DNA of 48,339 nucleotides from an uncultured Clostridia bacterium (GTDB lineage Bacteria > Bacillota > Clostridia > TANB77 > CAG-508): positions 1 to 48,339 of the forward strand of contig CANRBI010000003.1 in assembly GCA_947628775.1 (NCBI GenBank). Reading direction: 5' to 3'. The notes under the pieces are model-generated. The model was given only the letters and a program-made list of their open reading frames with translations, ran no database searches and was not told the origin of the DNA. A program made the position numbers and the translations under genes. Position 1 is the stretch's first letter. Every line of letters starts with the position of its first letter. Shown piece by piece: positions 26,256 to 37,205 of the stretch.

Positions 26256-26888
26256 TTATTTGATTTGTTCTAGATTTATTAATACATTTTTTCTGAAAGT
26301 TAATTTTAATAAGCAAGGAGATGATATAGTTAACTCTTCTCCTTTGTATTCAAGATTTAGATTTTCATTTACTTTGCAGTAACTTAGTAAATAAAATTTA
26401 ATTGCTCCTCCATGACTTACTATTGCTATTCTTTTCCCCTTGTATTTTTCCATTATTTCATTCATAAATTCATTCATTCTTTTATTAGTATCAATTGCAC
26501 TTTCACCGTCACGAGTTTTAAATTCTGGGAATGCTAATTGTTCACGAGAAGGATCTTTGGTTGATTTGTCATTCATAAATATTGCTAAATCTTCTATATT
26601 TCCAAGTTTTCTTTCACATAATCTTTTATCTAAGTTATATTGTAAATTATTTTCATTTGCAATATATTTTGCTGTTTGTTTTGCTCTAGTATAACTACTA
26701 CACCAAATTATATCAATATTTTTTAGCTCACTGTTTTTGCTTAATTTTTTTGAATCTTCTTCTCCTTTAATTGATAATATTTCCTTTTCACTAATGTCTT
26801 GTGGTGTTTCATTTGTATTTCTAATTCCATTCTCACTTATAGTCTCTGCATGTCTGATTAAATAAATTATGGTATCTTTCATATTCAA
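26256..26888 (-). CDS. Histidine phosphatase family protein (phosphoglycerate mutase-like)
   Basis: It carries the 'IYLIRHAET' RHG motif and a C-terminal 'IVSHGGAIK'. Confidence 0.8.
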   Translation of the reverse strand: MNMKDTIIYLIRHAETISENGIRNTNETPQDISEKEILSIKGEEDSKKLSKNSELKNIDIIWCSSYTRAKQTAKYIANENNLQYNLDKRLCERKLGNIEDLAIFMNDKSTKDPSREQLAFPEFKTRDGESAIDTNKRMNEFMNEIMEKYKGKRIAIVSHGGAIKFYLLSYCKVNENLNLEYKGEELTISSPCLLKLTFRKNVLINLEQIK

Positions 26889-27125
26889 CTATTTCCTTTT
26901 TTTATTTTAATCTAATTATATCAATAAAAAATTTTTTTGCAATCATTAACTCAAAGAAATTATATAAAAATATTCTAAATAAATATTGTTTATATTTTAA
27001 TAATGAAGCCTTCTCAATTGCGACGACATTGTTGTCGCAATTAGAAAATATAAAATTTGCAATATTTTTCTTTTGTTTTTTAATTTTATAGTATCATTTA
27101 TGGTATCATTTATTTCTTTACTTAT

Positions 27126-27158
27126 ATATTTTTACTTAAAAAGGAATGCTGATTTGCA
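27126..27158 (-). terminator. Terminator downstream of secA (bidirectional shape)
   Basis: A 9-bp stem aaggaatgc/gcattcctt with a 6-nt loop is flanked by an A-run and a T-run. Confidence 0.6.
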
Positions 27159-27233
27159 TTCCTTTTTGATGGTTTTTATTTGTTTTAATTTATTGTATTT
27201 TGTTGATAATTTAATTGTTATTTGTGTTTTTGT

Positions 27234-29984
27234 TTATGTGTTTTTGCCGCAACAGTTCTTATACTTTTTGCCTGAGCCACATGGGCAGGGGTCGTTGCGG
27301 CCTATTTTTGGTTCTTCGTTGCGGATTGTTTGGTTTTGGTTGACGTTGATTGATTTTCCGCCGTCTACACTGTTGATTGCTTCTAGGGCTGCTCCTGTTA
27401 TTTTGGCTGTTTCTTGACGTCTTATTTCGCCTTGTTTTCTGATGTTCATTAGGATTTTTACTACATCGAATTTTATGTTGGCTATCATTTCGTCAAACAT
27501 GTCCATTCCTTCCATTCTGTATTTTACTACTGGGTCTTGTTGTCCATATGCTCTTAGCCCTATTCCGTCTTTTAGTTCTTCCATGCTGTCTATGTGGTTC
27601 ATCCATTTTTCGTCAACTACTTTTAGTAGTACTACTCTTTCTAGTTCTCTTAGTGGCTCATCTCCAACTTCTACTTCTTTTTCGGTATATCTTGCTATTG
27701 CTTGTTTCTTTAATTCTTCTTTTATTTTGTTTGGTTCTTTTTCGTTTTCTTTTAGATAGCTTAGCATTTCTATTCCGAAATTTGTTAGTATTTCGTTGTT
27801 TAGTGAGTCTACTTCTACATGTACTCCTTCTTCTGTTCCACTTGTGTATATGTCTACTGTTTCTTCAGCTACACTTTTTATCATGTTTGTGATACTGTCT
27901 TTTAGGTTTTCGCCGTCTAGTACTTCTCTTCTTTGTTTGTAGATTATTTCTCTTTGTACATTGTTTACATCATCATATTTTAGGACGTTTTTACGTATAC
28001 CAAAGTTTCTGCCTTCTACTTTCTTTTGGGCGTTTTCTACTGCTCTTGATATGATTTTAGAATCTATTGGTAGGTTTTCGTCTGCTCCTAGTGTGTTGTA
28101 TACTTTTGTTATTGTGTCTCCTCCAAATATTTTCATTAGGTCATCATCTAGTCCTATATAGAATTTTGATTCTCCTGGGTCTCCTTGACGTCCACTACGT
28201 CCTCTTAATTGATTGTCAATTCTTCTTGATTCGTGTCTTTCTGTTCCTATTATTTTTAGTCCTCCTACACTTAGGACTTTTTCTTTTTCTTGTTTTATTT
28301 GTTCGTCATATTTTGCTACTAGTTTTTTGAATTGCTCTCTTGCTCTTAGGATATCTTGGTCATCTGTTTCATAATATGTGTTTGATTCTTCTATTAGGTT
28401 TTCTGGTACTCTGTTTTTTGCCATTTCTTCTTTTGCTAGGTATTCACTATTTCCTCCTAGCATGATGTCTGTACCACGTCCTGCCATGTTTGTTGCTATT
28501 GTTACTGCTCCAAATTTACCTGCTTGGGCTACTATCATGGCTTCTTTTTCATGTGATTTTGCGTTTAATACTTCATGTGGTATTCTTTCTTGTTGTAGTA
28601 GTTTGCTTAGTTTTTCTGATTTTTCTATTGATACTGTACCTATTAGTACTGGTTGACCTTTGCTGTGGCTTTCTTTTACACTTTCTACTACAGCTCTGAA
28701 TTTTGCATTTTCGTTTTTGTAGATTACATCATTTTCGTCTTTACGTATCATTGGTTTGTTTGTTGGTATTGATATAACATCTAGATTGTATATTTCTTCG
28801 AATTCTGCTTCTTCTGTCATTGCTGTACCTGTCATTCCTGATAGTTTTGTGTACATTCTGAAGTAGTTTTGGAATGTTATTGTTGCTAGTGTTTTTGATT
28901 CATCTGCTATTTTTACGTGTTCTTTTGCTTCTATTGCTTGGTGTAGTCCGTTGTTGTATCTTCTACCATACATTATACGTCCTGTGAATTCGTCTACTAT
29001 TAGTACTTCTCCATTTTTTACGATGTAGTCTATGTCTTTTTTCATTACTCCATGTGCACGTAGTGCTTGGTTTACGTGGTGTACTAGTGTAGAGTTTTCT
29101 AGGTCGTTGAAGTTTTCTAGTTTGAAGAATTCTTCTGCTTTTTTGATTCCTTTTTGTGTTAGTGATGCTGATTTTGCTTTTAGGTCTACTATATAGTCAT
29201 AGTTTTCGTTGTCTTCTGCTTGTTCAAAATCTTTTACATCTTCTTCTACTATTATTTTTGCTTCTAGTCTTGTTACGAAATCATTTGCTTTTTTGTATAG
29301 GTCTGATGATTCGTTTGCTCTACCTGATATGATTAATGGTGTACGTGCTTCGTCTATTAATATACTGTCTATTTCGTCTACTATTGCATAGTGTAGTGAA
29401 CGTTGAACTAATTGGTTTTTGTATATTACCATATTGTCTCTTAGGTAATCAAATCCAAATTCATTGTTTGTTCCATATGTTATATCTGAATTGTATGCTT
29501 TTTGTTTTTGTGCAGGTTCCATTCCATTTATTACAAGTCCTACTGATAGTCCTAGGAATTTATATAATTTACCCATCCATTCACTATCTCTTTTGGCTAG
29601 GTAATCATTTACTGTTATTACATGCACTCCTTTTCCTTCTAGTGCGTTTAGGTATACTGGTAGTGTTGCAACTAGTGTTTTTCCTTCACCAGTTTTCATT
29701 TCTGCTATTCTTCCTTGATGTAGGATGATTCCTCCTATTAATTGTACATCAAAGTGTCTTAGTCCTAGTGTTCTTTTTGAGGCTTCTCTTACAACTGCGA
29801 ATGCTTCTGGTAATATGTCGTCTAGTGTTTTGCCTTCTGATAGTTGTTTTTTGAAGTAGTCGGTTTTTCCTCTTAATTCACTATCTGTTAATTTTGTCAT
29901 TTCCGCTTCTAGGTCATTGATTTTTTGTACTAGAGGCATTACTCTTTTTACCTCTTTTTCACTGTATGTTTTAAATAGTTTCAT
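27234..29984 (-). CDS. secA: Preprotein translocase ATPase SecA
   Basis: 916 aa. '[15 protein letters not shown]', '[19 protein letters not shown]' and '[10 protein letters not shown]' are present, along with the C-terminal zinc motif '[14 protein letters not shown]'. Confidence 0.98.
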   Translation of the reverse strand: MKLFKTYSEKEVKRVMPLVQKINDLEAEMTKLTDSELRGKTDYFKKQLSEGKTLDDILPEAFAVVREASKRTLGLRHFDVQLIGGIILHQGRIAEMKTGEGKTLVATLPVYLNALEGKGVHVITVNDYLAKRDSEWMGKLYKFLGLSVGLVINGMEPAQKQKAYNSDITYGTNNEFGFDYLRDNMVIYKNQLVQRSLHYAIVDEIDSILIDEARTPLIISGRANESSDLYKKANDFVTRLEAKIIVEEDVKDFEQAEDNENYDYIVDLKAKSASLTQKGIKKAEEFFKLENFNDLENSTLVHHVNQALRAHGVMKKDIDYIVKNGEVLIVDEFTGRIMYGRRYNNGLHQAIEAKEHVKIADESKTLATITFQNYFRMYTKLSGMTGTAMTEEAEFEEIYNLDVISIPTNKPMIRKDENDVIYKNENAKFRAVVESVKESHSKGQPVLIGTVSIEKSEKLSKLLQQERIPHEVLNAKSHEKEAMIVAQAGKFGAVTIATNMAGRGTDIMLGGNSEYLAKEEMAKNRVPENLIEESNTYYETDDQDILRAREQFKKLVAKYDEQIKQEKEKVLSVGGLKIIGTERHESRRIDNQLRGRSGRQGDPGESKFYIGLDDDLMKIFGGDTITKVYNTLGADENLPIDSKIISRAVENAQKKVEGRNFGIRKNVLKYDDVNNVQREIIYKQRREVLDGENLKDSITNMIKSVAEETVDIYTSGTEEGVHVEVDSLNNEILTNFGIEMLSYLKENEKEPNKIKEELKKQAIARYTEKEVEVGDEPLRELERVVLLKVVDEKWMNHIDSMEELKDGIGLRAYGQQDPVVKYRMEGMDMFDEMIANIKFDVVKILMNIRKQGEIRRQETAKITGAALEAINSVDGGKSINVNQNQTIRNEEPKIGRNDPCPCGSGKKYKNCCGKNT

Positions 29985-30129
29985 TTCGTGTAGTCCTCCT
30001 AAGTTTATATTCTCTTTGATAATATACCACTAAAATGGAAATTTATCAAGTGTTTTGTACATATTTTTTTTTATTTCGCATATTTTTTAGTATATATATA
30101 ATTTGCTAATTGGGAAATGGGGATTTGGT

Positions 30130-30690
30130 ATGTTTGTTTATAATGTTAAAGTTAATGGTAGTAGAATTTTTAAAATATTTTTTACTGGTGTTGTTATTTT
30201 GGTTATTTGTATTACTGTTATTGTGAGTATTAGGGTTTTTAATGGTGCAAATGATAATGAGGACGATTCCTCTTCTGTTTCTACTTGTATTAAAAAAGGT
30301 GGTATTTGTGATATTTCTCCTAGAAATTATACTAATGTTTTGAAAGCTGTTCATGATGATATTGATTCATATGTTGGTGTTAAAATTCATTTTTCTGGTT
30401 ATGTTTATAGGGTTTTGGATTTTAATAGTAATCAGTTTGTTTTGGCAAGAGATATGATTATTTCTTCTGCTTTTCAGACTGTGGTTGTTGGTTTTCTTTG
30501 TGAGTGTGATTCTATTTCTAATTTTGAAAGTAATTCTTGGGTGGAAATTACTGGTGAGATTGTAAAGGGTGAGTATCATGGTGATATGCCTATTGTAAAG
30601 ATTAATGATATTAAGGGTATTGATAAACCTAATGATGAGTATGTTTATCCTTTTGATGAAAGCTATATTCCTACTAGTGGTTTGGTGTAA
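30130..30690 (+). CDS. DUF1980/TIGR03943-like membrane-anchored protein (tentative)
   Basis: It has one N-terminal TM. The C-terminal 'VKIHFSGYVYR...FVLARDMI..........WVEITGEI' resembles the C-terminal domain of the two-component permease partner family. The ATG at 30130 follows a GGGGA RBS. Confidence 0.35.
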   Translation: MFVYNVKVNGSRIFKIFFTGVVILVICITVIVSIRVFNGANDNEDDSSSVSTCIKKGGICDISPRNYTNVLKAVHDDIDSYVGVKIHFSGYVYRVLDFNSNQFVLARDMIISSAFQTVVVGFLCECDSISNFESNSWVEITGEIVKGEYHGDMPIVKINDIKGIDKPNDEYVYPFDESYIPTSGLV

Positions 30691-30707
30691 TTTTATTCAA
30701 TTTTAAA

Positions 30708-30736
30708 AGGGGGCTAGTTGCTCCCCCCTCTTTTGG
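30708..30736 (+). terminator. Rho-independent terminator after 30130..30690
   Basis: A G5/C6 hairpin (gggggctagttgctcccccc) is followed by tcttttgg. Confidence 0.55.
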
Positions 30737-30742
30737 TTTGTG

Positions 30743-31012
30743 TCAGTGCCCTATGATTGGGCTCTGACTTGGTCTCTTATGACAGGGAATTTCGAATTCC
30801 CAGGCCACTCTTTTCAGGAAATCGCTTGTCATTCTTACGAATGCTATTTCTTCAATAGAAAGCTGTTGCTCCTGAATTTTTGCGATTCGCCGAATTTCCT
30901 TTGCAAGAGAGTACATCTCTTTCTTTTTTATTCGGCTTGGCGCATCTGTGAGCTCCCAGGCTGTCCATTCCTGCTGTAAAGATTTCATTGTCGTTGCCTT
31001 TAACTCTGTCAT
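30743..31012 (-). CDS. Orphan 89-aa ORF in a compositionally distinct (higher GC) patch
   Basis: It has a GGAGGG RBS 11 nt upstream. GC is visibly higher (about 42-45% by eye) than the flanks. I recognise no family. Confidence 0.4.
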   Translation of the reverse strand: MTELKATTMKSLQQEWTAWELTDAPSRIKKKEMYSLAKEIRRIAKIQEQQLSIEEIAFVRMTSDFLKRVAWEFEIPCHKRPSQSPIIGH

Positions 31013-31086
31013 AATATATGACCCTCCTTATTTAATTTTTTATGTACTTTAATTATACCATATTTTGTGCTTTTTGTAAATATTTT

Positions 31087-34000
31087 TTACTTAGGAAGTG
31101 CATATGTATAATGGTTAGCTAATTGTTTAAATGTTAGTTCTCCCTCGTTAGATATATTTGCTATTACTGTTCCTCTTGCTGTATAATATCCTGCTTTTGC
31201 TGTTTTGTTAATGTAATTTGTTATTATTTTTCCTCTTGAATCGTTTTGGTAACTTGTAACTACTAAGTTATATGGATTTTTTAGTTGTTTAGTCAATAAG
31301 TCTGATGAAAATCCTTGATGAACATTGTCATAACCATGATTTGCTGCTTTATACAAATTTATTCTTTTGCCTTCAAAGTAATCCATTACTTGTTTTGTTA
31401 TATCTGTTACTATTTTACGACCTTCAGTAGTATCTCTTCCTAAATCTCCTGCTAAGTATACTCTTTTTCCTGATATATTTGCTGCTGCTACTATGCTGTT
31501 TATATCTTCTTCAGTAGTATCTGATACTTTTTTACCTAGTCTATCTTGTGTATTAAATAGCTTGAATGTTATATTTCCTACTTTGATTTCTTTATTACTA
31601 ATAGTATTTGGATCTACTACTTTTGTATTATGATCTTTTGCTACTTGTACTGTATTATTATATACTTTTTTATAATCAGGTGATTTAGAACGATTTTTTA
31701 TGTATAAGGTATCAACTTTTACTTGTTCATATATGTTTGTTTTAGCATTTTTAACTCCTCCTATATGGTCTGTATGGCTGTGTGTAATTAATACCCATTT
31801 AAGTTCTGTTATTCCTAATTCTTTTAAGTAATTTTTTATTCTGTAATTTATTTCTAATTTACCTGTATCTATCATCGCATATTCGCCATTACTTTCTATT
31901 ATTATACAGTCATTACTTATTCCTGTAGCATCTTTTTTACCATCTTCTCTATATATTGTATCTAGGAAATATAGTTTATCTCCCTCTGGTACAGTAATAG
32001 TTTGCCCATCAATTACTATTTCTGGTGCACTTTTTATTACTTCAACATAACATACTGCTGATAAACCATTTGATGTTGTTGCTGTTATACTTGCAGTTCC
32101 TTCTGATTTTGCTGTTATTGTTCCATCTGTTTCAACTGTTAATATATTTGTATTTGATGATGACCATGTTATAGTTTTATCTGTTGTATTTGTTGGTGTT
32201 ATTGTTGCTGTTAATTTTTGTGTTTTTCCCTTTTCTAATGTTATATTAGTTTCATTTAATGTTATATTGGTAGCTTTTATTGTTCCATCTTTTACTGTAA
32301 CAAAACATTGTGCTGAATCTCCACTTGCTTGACTTGTTACTGTTATAGTTGCTGTTCCTTCAGATATTGCTTTAATTGTACCATTTGAACTTACTGTTGC
32401 TATTGCTGCATTTGATGTTGTCCATTTTACTTCTTTATTTGTTGCATTTGTTGGTGTTATTGTTGCTGTTATTTGTTCTGATTTTCCTATTAATAATTCA
32501 AGTTTTGATTTGCTTAAGTATATTCCTGTTACATCAACTACTGGTGGTTTTTCTGGTTCTACATTTGGCTCTTTAACTGTTACAAAACATGATATTGATG
32601 TTCCATTTTTTGTTCTTACTGTTATAATTGCATTTCCTTTTGATACAGCTGTTACATTTCCGTTAGTGTCTACTTTTGCTATATTTGAATTTGATGATGT
32701 CCATGTTATTTCTTTATCTTTTGCATCTTGTGGTTCTACAGTAGCTATTAGTCTTTCTGATTCTCCTTTTTCTAGTGTTAAGTTTGTTTTATTTAAAGTT
32801 ATTTTTGTTACTTCTTGTTCTTCTTTTTTAACTATTACTGTACATTTTCCAGCTTCTCCTGTTGTTGCTTTAACTGTTATTGTTGTACTTCCTTCAGATA
32901 TTGCTTTTACTTCTCCTGTTGATGTTACTGTTGCTACATTTGTATTTGATGATGTCCATGTTAATGTTTTATTTACTGCATTTCCTGGTGTTATTGTTGC
33001 TTGTAAATTTTCTGTTTTTCCTGGTGTTAAATTTAATGTTGATTTGTTTAGTGTAACATATTGTACTTCTATTATTGGTTCAGTTACTACAACTTGACAT
33101 GTTGCTGTTTTTCCATTTGATGATGTTGCTGTTATTGTTGTTGTTCCTTTTGATATTGCTTTTACTACTCCATCTTCAGTTACTGTTGCTATATTTGTAT
33201 CTGCTGATGTCCATGTTATTGATCTGTTTGTTGCATTCCCTGGTGTTATTGTTGCTTGTAATTTTAATGAATAATCTTTATTTAATTCTATTGATGTTCT
33301 GCTTAATGAAATATATTCTACTTCTATTTCTGGATTATTTACAACTATATAACATGTTGCTGTTTTTCCATTTGTTGTTTCTGCTGTTATTGTTGTGTTT
33401 CCTTTTGAGATTGCTTTTACTATTCCATCTTCAGTTACTGTTGCTATATTTGTATCTGCTGATGACCATATTACTGTTTTATTTATTGCATAATCTGGTG
33501 ATATTGTTGCTTGTAATTTTGTTGTATTTCCTGTTACTAATTCTATTTTTGTTTCATTTAATGTTATTTTTGTTGCTTCTACTGGTTCTTCTATACTTGG
33601 TCCTTCTTGTGGAGGTGTTGTTTGTTCTGGTGATGTTGATGGTGTATCTGGTGTTGGTTCTTGTTCTGATGGTGTAGATGGTGTATTTGGTGTTTCTGGT
33701 GCCGGTTCTTGCTCTGATGGTGTTGTTGGCGTATCTGGTGTTTCTGGTGTTGGTTCTTGTTCTGATGGTGTAGATGGTGTGTCTGGCACAGGTTCTGTTG
33801 GCTCTGTTGGTTCAGCTGGTTCTGTTGGTTCTTCTGTCTTTGGTTCTTCTTCTGGTATAGGTTCTGTGTTTTTTACTGTTATAGTGCATTTTGCTGTTTT
33901 ATTATATGTTGTTTTTACTTCTATTTCAGTTGATCCTTCTTTTAGAGCCGTTATTTCTATTCCTCTGTTTATTGTAACTATACTGTTATCTGAAAATTCT

Positions 34001-34620
34001 ACAGATACCTCTTCTTCACTTTTTGTTTGGCTTATACTTACAATAGTAGGGTCTGATGAACTCCAAATTAGAGGTTCGTCTTTCATGTTTTCTACATATA
34101 TTTCTTTTGTTTCACCAACATTTAATTCTATATTGGTTTCATTTAGTTTCATTTCTGTGTTTATGACCATAATTGTACATGAAGCGGATTTTCCATTTTC
34201 TGTTTGTACTGTTATTTGTGTAGTTCCTTCTTCTATTGCTTCTACTGTACCTGTGTCATCTACTGTTGCTATATCCGTGTTTTCTGATTTCCATGTTAAT
34301 TTTTTATCTGATAGATTTTCTGGCGTTATTTTTGCTTCTAACTTTTCTTTGTTTCCTTTTTCTATTTCAAGGCTCGTTTTATTTAATTCTACTGATATTA
34401 CCTCTTTTGAAGGCGTAGAATTCCTGTTCATATATATTTGTTGCATTATTAACATTAAGTCAGAAAAGTTTGTTTTTCCGTCTTTATTTATATCATATAG
34501 TTTTATTGTGTTGCTTGCCGCATATGTGTTTTGTGGTAATGTTACAATAAGTGTAGATAATAATACAATCGTTAATATTTTCGTTATATCAATTTTCATA
34601 TTTTTTGATAAATTAAACAT
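31087..34620 (-). CDS. Secreted/cell-surface protein: signal peptide, dockerin-like Ca-loop, 8 Big_2 Ig-like domains, Pro/Thr/Glu linker, C-terminal MBL-fold hydrolase domain
   Basis: 'DINKDGKTNFSD' is the dockerin-like loop. There are eight repeats of the '..W.SS(N/D)..IATV...G.V.A...G...IT......G....C.V.V' type. The C-terminal 'WVLITHSHTDHIGG' is an HxHxDH motif. The start was set at ATG 34620, 7 nt after AAGGAG. Confidence 0.8.
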   Translation of the reverse strand: MFNLSKNMKIDITKILTIVLLSTLIVTLPQNTYAASNTIKLYDINKDGKTNFSDLMLIMQQIYMNRNSTPSKEVISVELNKTSLEIEKGNKEKLEAKITPENLSDKKLTWKSENTDIATVDDTGTVEAIEEGTTQITVQTENGKSASCTIMVINTEMKLNETNIELNVGETKEIYVENMKDEPLIWSSSDPTIVSISQTKSEEEVSVEFSDNSIVTINRGIEITALKEGSTEIEVKTTYNKTAKCTITVKNTEPIPEEEPKTEEPTEPAEPTEPTEPVPDTPSTPSEQEPTPETPDTPTTPSEQEPAPETPNTPSTPSEQEPTPDTPSTSPEQTTPPQEGPSIEEPVEATKITLNETKIELVTGNTTKLQATISPDYAINKTVIWSSADTNIATVTEDGIVKAISKGNTTITAETTNGKTATCYIVVNNPEIEVEYISLSRTSIELNKDYSLKLQATITPGNATNRSITWTSADTNIATVTEDGVVKAISKGTTTITATSSNGKTATCQVVVTEPIIEVQYVTLNKSTLNLTPGKTENLQATITPGNAVNKTLTWTSSNTNVATVTSTGEVKAISEGSTTITVKATTGEAGKCTVIVKKEEQEVTKITLNKTNLTLEKGESERLIATVEPQDAKDKEITWTSSNSNIAKVDTNGNVTAVSKGNAIITVRTKNGTSISCFVTVKEPNVEPEKPPVVDVTGIYLSKSKLELLIGKSEQITATITPTNATNKEVKWTTSNAAIATVSSNGTIKAISEGTATITVTSQASGDSAQCFVTVKDGTIKATNITLNETNITLEKGKTQKLTATITPTNTTDKTITWSSSNTNILTVETDGTITAKSEGTASITATTSNGLSAVCYVEVIKSAPEIVIDGQTITVPEGDKLYFLDTIYREDGKKDATGISNDCIIIESNGEYAMIDTGKLEINYRIKNYLKELGITELKWVLITHSHTDHIGGVKNAKTNIYEQVKVDTLYIKNRSKSPDYKKVYNNTVQVAKDHNTKVVDPNTISNKEIKVGNITFKLFNTQDRLGKKVSDTTEEDINSIVAAANISGKRVYLAGDLGRDTTEGRKIVTDITKQVMDYFEGKRINLYKAANHGYDNVHQGFSSDLLTKQLKNPYNLVVTSYQNDSRGKIITNYINKTAKAGYYTARGTVIANISNEGELTFKQLANHYTYALPK
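33641..33790 (-). repeat. Imperfect 48-nt (16-aa) tandem repeat encoding the PT/E-rich linker
   Basis: The units at 33641-33679 (39 nt, short), 33680-33727 and 33728-33775, plus a partial fourth, encode 'TPSTPSEQEPTPETPD'-like repeats. Confidence 0.75.
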
Positions 34621-34765
34621 TATCACCACTCCTTTCATACATATTTATTATACCATATTTTATCACATTTTTCAATAAATTCCAGCTAAAAACTACATAA
34701 AATTACAACATTTTAAATTATGTAAAGTGAGTATTTTATGGCTTTTAGAATTTTTTAATTTGTTT

Positions 34766-34794
34766 TTGACATAAAAATGTGTTTATGATAGAAT
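34766..34794 (+). promoter_or_regulatory. guaA promoter
   Basis: TTGACA (34766-34771), a 17-nt spacer, then TGaTAGAAT (hexamer 34789-34794), about 30 nt upstream of the GTG start. Confidence 0.6.
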
Positions 34795-34825
34795 GATGTA
34801 TATTATTTGAAGGGAGAAATGTATT

Positions 34826-36364
34826 GTGAAAAATAATGAACTAATTTTAATTTTAGATTTTGGTGGGCAATATAATCAATTAATTGCTCGTAGAGTTCGT
34901 GAATGTAATGTTTATTCAGAAGTTGTGCCTTTTGATATTTCTTTAGATAAAATTAAAGAAAAAAATCCAAAAGGCATTATTTTTACAGGTGGTCCTGCTA
35001 GTTGCTATGGTGATGATGCTCCTAAGTGTGATGAGGGTATTTTTGATTTAGGTATCCCTATTTTAGGTATTTGTTATGGTATGCAACTTATGACTAATGT
35101 TTTAGGAGGTACTGTTAGCAGGGCTGAAAAAAGAGAGTATGGTACAACTGATGTTGATATTGATAATTCTTCACCTCTTTTTAAGGGTTTTGATTCTAAA
35201 AACGGATTTTTGATGAGTCATACTGATTTTGTATCTAGTGTTCCTGATGGATTTAGAAATATTGCTTATACTGATTCTTGTCCAAATGCTGGTATGGAAA
35301 ATCTTGAGAGGAATTTATTTGGTATTCAGTTTCATCCAGAGGTTAATAATTCTGTTAATGGTATTTTTGTTATTAGGAATTTTTTGTATAATATTTGTAA
35401 TTGTTCTGGTGATTGGCAGATTTCTTCTTTTGTTGATGAAACTGTAAATAAGTTGAAAGATAAAATTGGAGATAAAAAAGTTTTGTGTGCATTATCTGGT
35501 GGTGTTGATTCTTCTGTTGCTGCTGTTTTAGTTAGTAAGGCTGTTGGTAAGAATTTGACTTGTATTTTTTTGGATCATGGTTTGCTTAGAAAAAATGAAG
35601 GTGATGAGGTTGAAAAAATTTTTACTGAACAGTTTGATATTAATTTGATTCGTGTTAATTGTAAGGAAAGATTTTTGTCAAAACTTTCTGGTGTTGTAGA
35701 TCCTGAAGCTAAAAGAAAAATTATTGGCGAAGAATTTATTAGGGTCTTTGAAGAAGAAGCTAAAAAAATTGGTACTGTTGATTTTTTAGTTCAGGGAACT
35801 ATTTATCCTGATGTGATTGAAAGTGGTCTTGGTAAAAGTTCTGTTATTAAAAGTCATCATAATGTTGGTGGATTGCCAGATTATGTGGATTTTAAGGAAA
35901 TTGTTGAACCTTTGAGGAGTTTGTTTAAAGATGAAGTTAGGAAAACTGGTTTAGAACTTGGTATTCCTGAAAATCTTGTGTTTAGACAACCTTTCCCTGG
36001 ACCTGGTCTTGCTATTCGTGTAATTGGTGAAGTTACTGATGATAAGTTGGATATTTTGAAAGAAGCGGATAGTATTTTTAGAGAAGAAATTGCAAATGCT
36101 GAGTTGCATAAGTCTATTAATCAGTATTTTGCTGTTTTGACTAATTTGAAATCTGTTGGTGTTATGGGTGATGAAAGGACTTATGATTATACTATTGCTT
36201 TGAGAGCTGTTGAGACTACTGATTTTATGACTGGTGTTTGGAGTAAAATTCCTTATTCTGTTTTGGAAAAGGTTTCCTCTAGAATTGTTAATGAGGTTAA
36301 ACATGTTAATCGCGTTGTTTATGATATTACTTCTAAGCCACCTGCAACTATTGAATGGGAATAA
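34826..36364 (+). CDS. guaA: GMP synthase (glutamine-hydrolysing)
   Basis: 512 aa. '[17 protein letters not shown]', 'GICYGMQL', 'SGGVDSSV' and the C-terminal 'KPPATIEWE' are present. Confidence 0.98.
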   Translation: MKNNELILILDFGGQYNQLIARRVRECNVYSEVVPFDISLDKIKEKNPKGIIFTGGPASCYGDDAPKCDEGIFDLGIPILGICYGMQLMTNVLGGTVSRAEKREYGTTDVDIDNSSPLFKGFDSKNGFLMSHTDFVSSVPDGFRNIAYTDSCPNAGMENLERNLFGIQFHPEVNNSVNGIFVIRNFLYNICNCSGDWQISSFVDETVNKLKDKIGDKKVLCALSGGVDSSVAAVLVSKAVGKNLTCIFLDHGLLRKNEGDEVEKIFTEQFDINLIRVNCKERFLSKLSGVVDPEAKRKIIGEEFIRVFEEEAKKIGTVDFLVQGTIYPDVIESGLGKSSVIKSHHNVGGLPDYVDFKEIVEPLRSLFKDEVRKTGLELGIPENLVFRQPFPGPGLAIRVIGEVTDDKLDILKEADSIFREEIANAELHKSINQYFAVLTNLKSVGVMGDERTYDYTIALRAVETTDFMTGVWSKIPYSVLEKVSSRIVNEVKHVNRVVYDITSKPPATIEWE

Positions 36365-36367
36365 GAT

Positions 36368-36402
36368 AAAAAAACCAACTCTTTTGTCGGAGTTGGTTTT
36401 TT
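36368..36402. terminator. Bidirectional terminator between convergent guaA and 36408..37184
   Basis: The stem ccaactc/gagttgg is flanked by A7 and T6. Confidence 0.7.
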
Positions 36403-36407
36403 GCTTA

Positions 36408-37184
36408 CTATTCATTTACTTCTTCTTCCTCAGTTTCTGTAGTTTCTTCCTCAGTTGTTTCCTCTTCATCTTCTTCATTATCATCCTCAATTACCTCATC
36501 TTCATTTGTTTCATCATTTGCATTTACTTCATTACCATTGATATCTATTTTTACTATATTTGCATCTGATGGTAATTGAGCTTCTTTTTTATCTACTCTA
36601 AATGATATATCTATTTCTATTAATTCTTCATTATCTCCTTTTATTGTTTTTATATATTTTAGATTTTTTCCTGAAAAATATAGTCTTGTTTTTGGAGTAT
36701 GTGTGTCTTCTTCTTCACTATTAAATTCTGATAGTAAAAATTTATCAAAATTATCATATTCTTGATACTCAAAACTTTTACCATTAATTTTTTCCGTTCC
36801 TGTTGAATATTCGTAATTTGCTAATTTTGCCAAAGGCTCTATGATTTCATATAATATATTGTCATTATTTTGATATTCATATATTTTATCATTTGTTACT
36901 ATATATGCATTACCATCTTTTGTATATTGTTTAAATGTTGTTGTACTATTTTTTTCTTCTTTGCATGCTTCTGAGTCATATCTGGTAATTGTACTTGTCA
37001 TTTTATCTGTTTTTAATGTAATTTTATATCTTTGCATTGCTAATTTGTCATTTAATATTGTAAGTTTTTGCTTTGTGTCTTGTGCCTGTGTTAGTATTAT
37101 TATAATACATATAAATATTATTACTGCAAGTATTGATATTGATGATATTATTACTCTTTTTTTTGTTAATTTATCTTTTAACAT
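36408..37184 (-). CDS. Hypothetical membrane-anchored protein with extremely acidic C-terminal tail
   Basis: It has an N-terminal TM 'VIISSISILAVIIFICIIIIL' and the C-terminal tail 'DETNEDEVIEDDNEEDEEETTEEETTETEEEEVNE'. Confidence 0.5.
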   Translation of the reverse strand: MLKDKLTKKRVIISSISILAVIIFICIIIILTQAQDTKQKLTILNDKLAMQRYKITLKTDKMTSTITRYDSEACKEEKNSTTTFKQYTKDGNAYIVTNDKIYEYQNNDNILYEIIEPLAKLANYEYSTGTEKINGKSFEYQEYDNFDKFLLSEFNSEEEDTHTPKTRLYFSGKNLKYIKTIKGDNEELIEIDISFRVDKKEAQLPSDANIVKIDINGNEVNANDETNEDEVIEDDNEEDEEETTEEETTETEEEEVNE

Positions 37185-37205
37185 TTTTTTCCTCCTAATT
37201 TTATA

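Noticed and set aside
27016-27042. A GC-containing hairpin (aattgcgac/gtcgcaatt, 9 bp) in the intergenic region between the phosphatase gene and secA.
   Set aside because: It is an isolated structure with no U-tail on either strand and no second copy in the window. There is insufficient evidence to assign a function.
33641-33790. Regularly spaced short repeats, considered as a CRISPR-like array.
   Set aside because: The repeats are contiguous with no spacers. They are in-frame and encode a Pro/Thr/Glu linker inside a long ORF. No cas genes are nearby.
33779-34678. A long plus-strand ORF (299 aa). Many similar plus-strand ORFs exist, e.g. 32510..33097, 33075..33677, 37276..38106, 42334..43035, 45070..45798, 45224..45913, 40905..41645, 20548..21126 and 24087..24617.
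   Set aside because: All lie antisense to well-supported minus-strand genes. Their products are Leu/Phe/Ser/Cys-rich low-complexity strings, as expected from reading the T-rich complement of A-rich coding DNA. None has a recognisable motif or RBS.
34639-34825. A purine/guanine riboswitch upstream of guaA.
   Set aside because: The leader is only about 30 nt from the predicted -10 to the start codon. It lacks the conserved riboswitch junction sequences. Only a strong promoter is evident.
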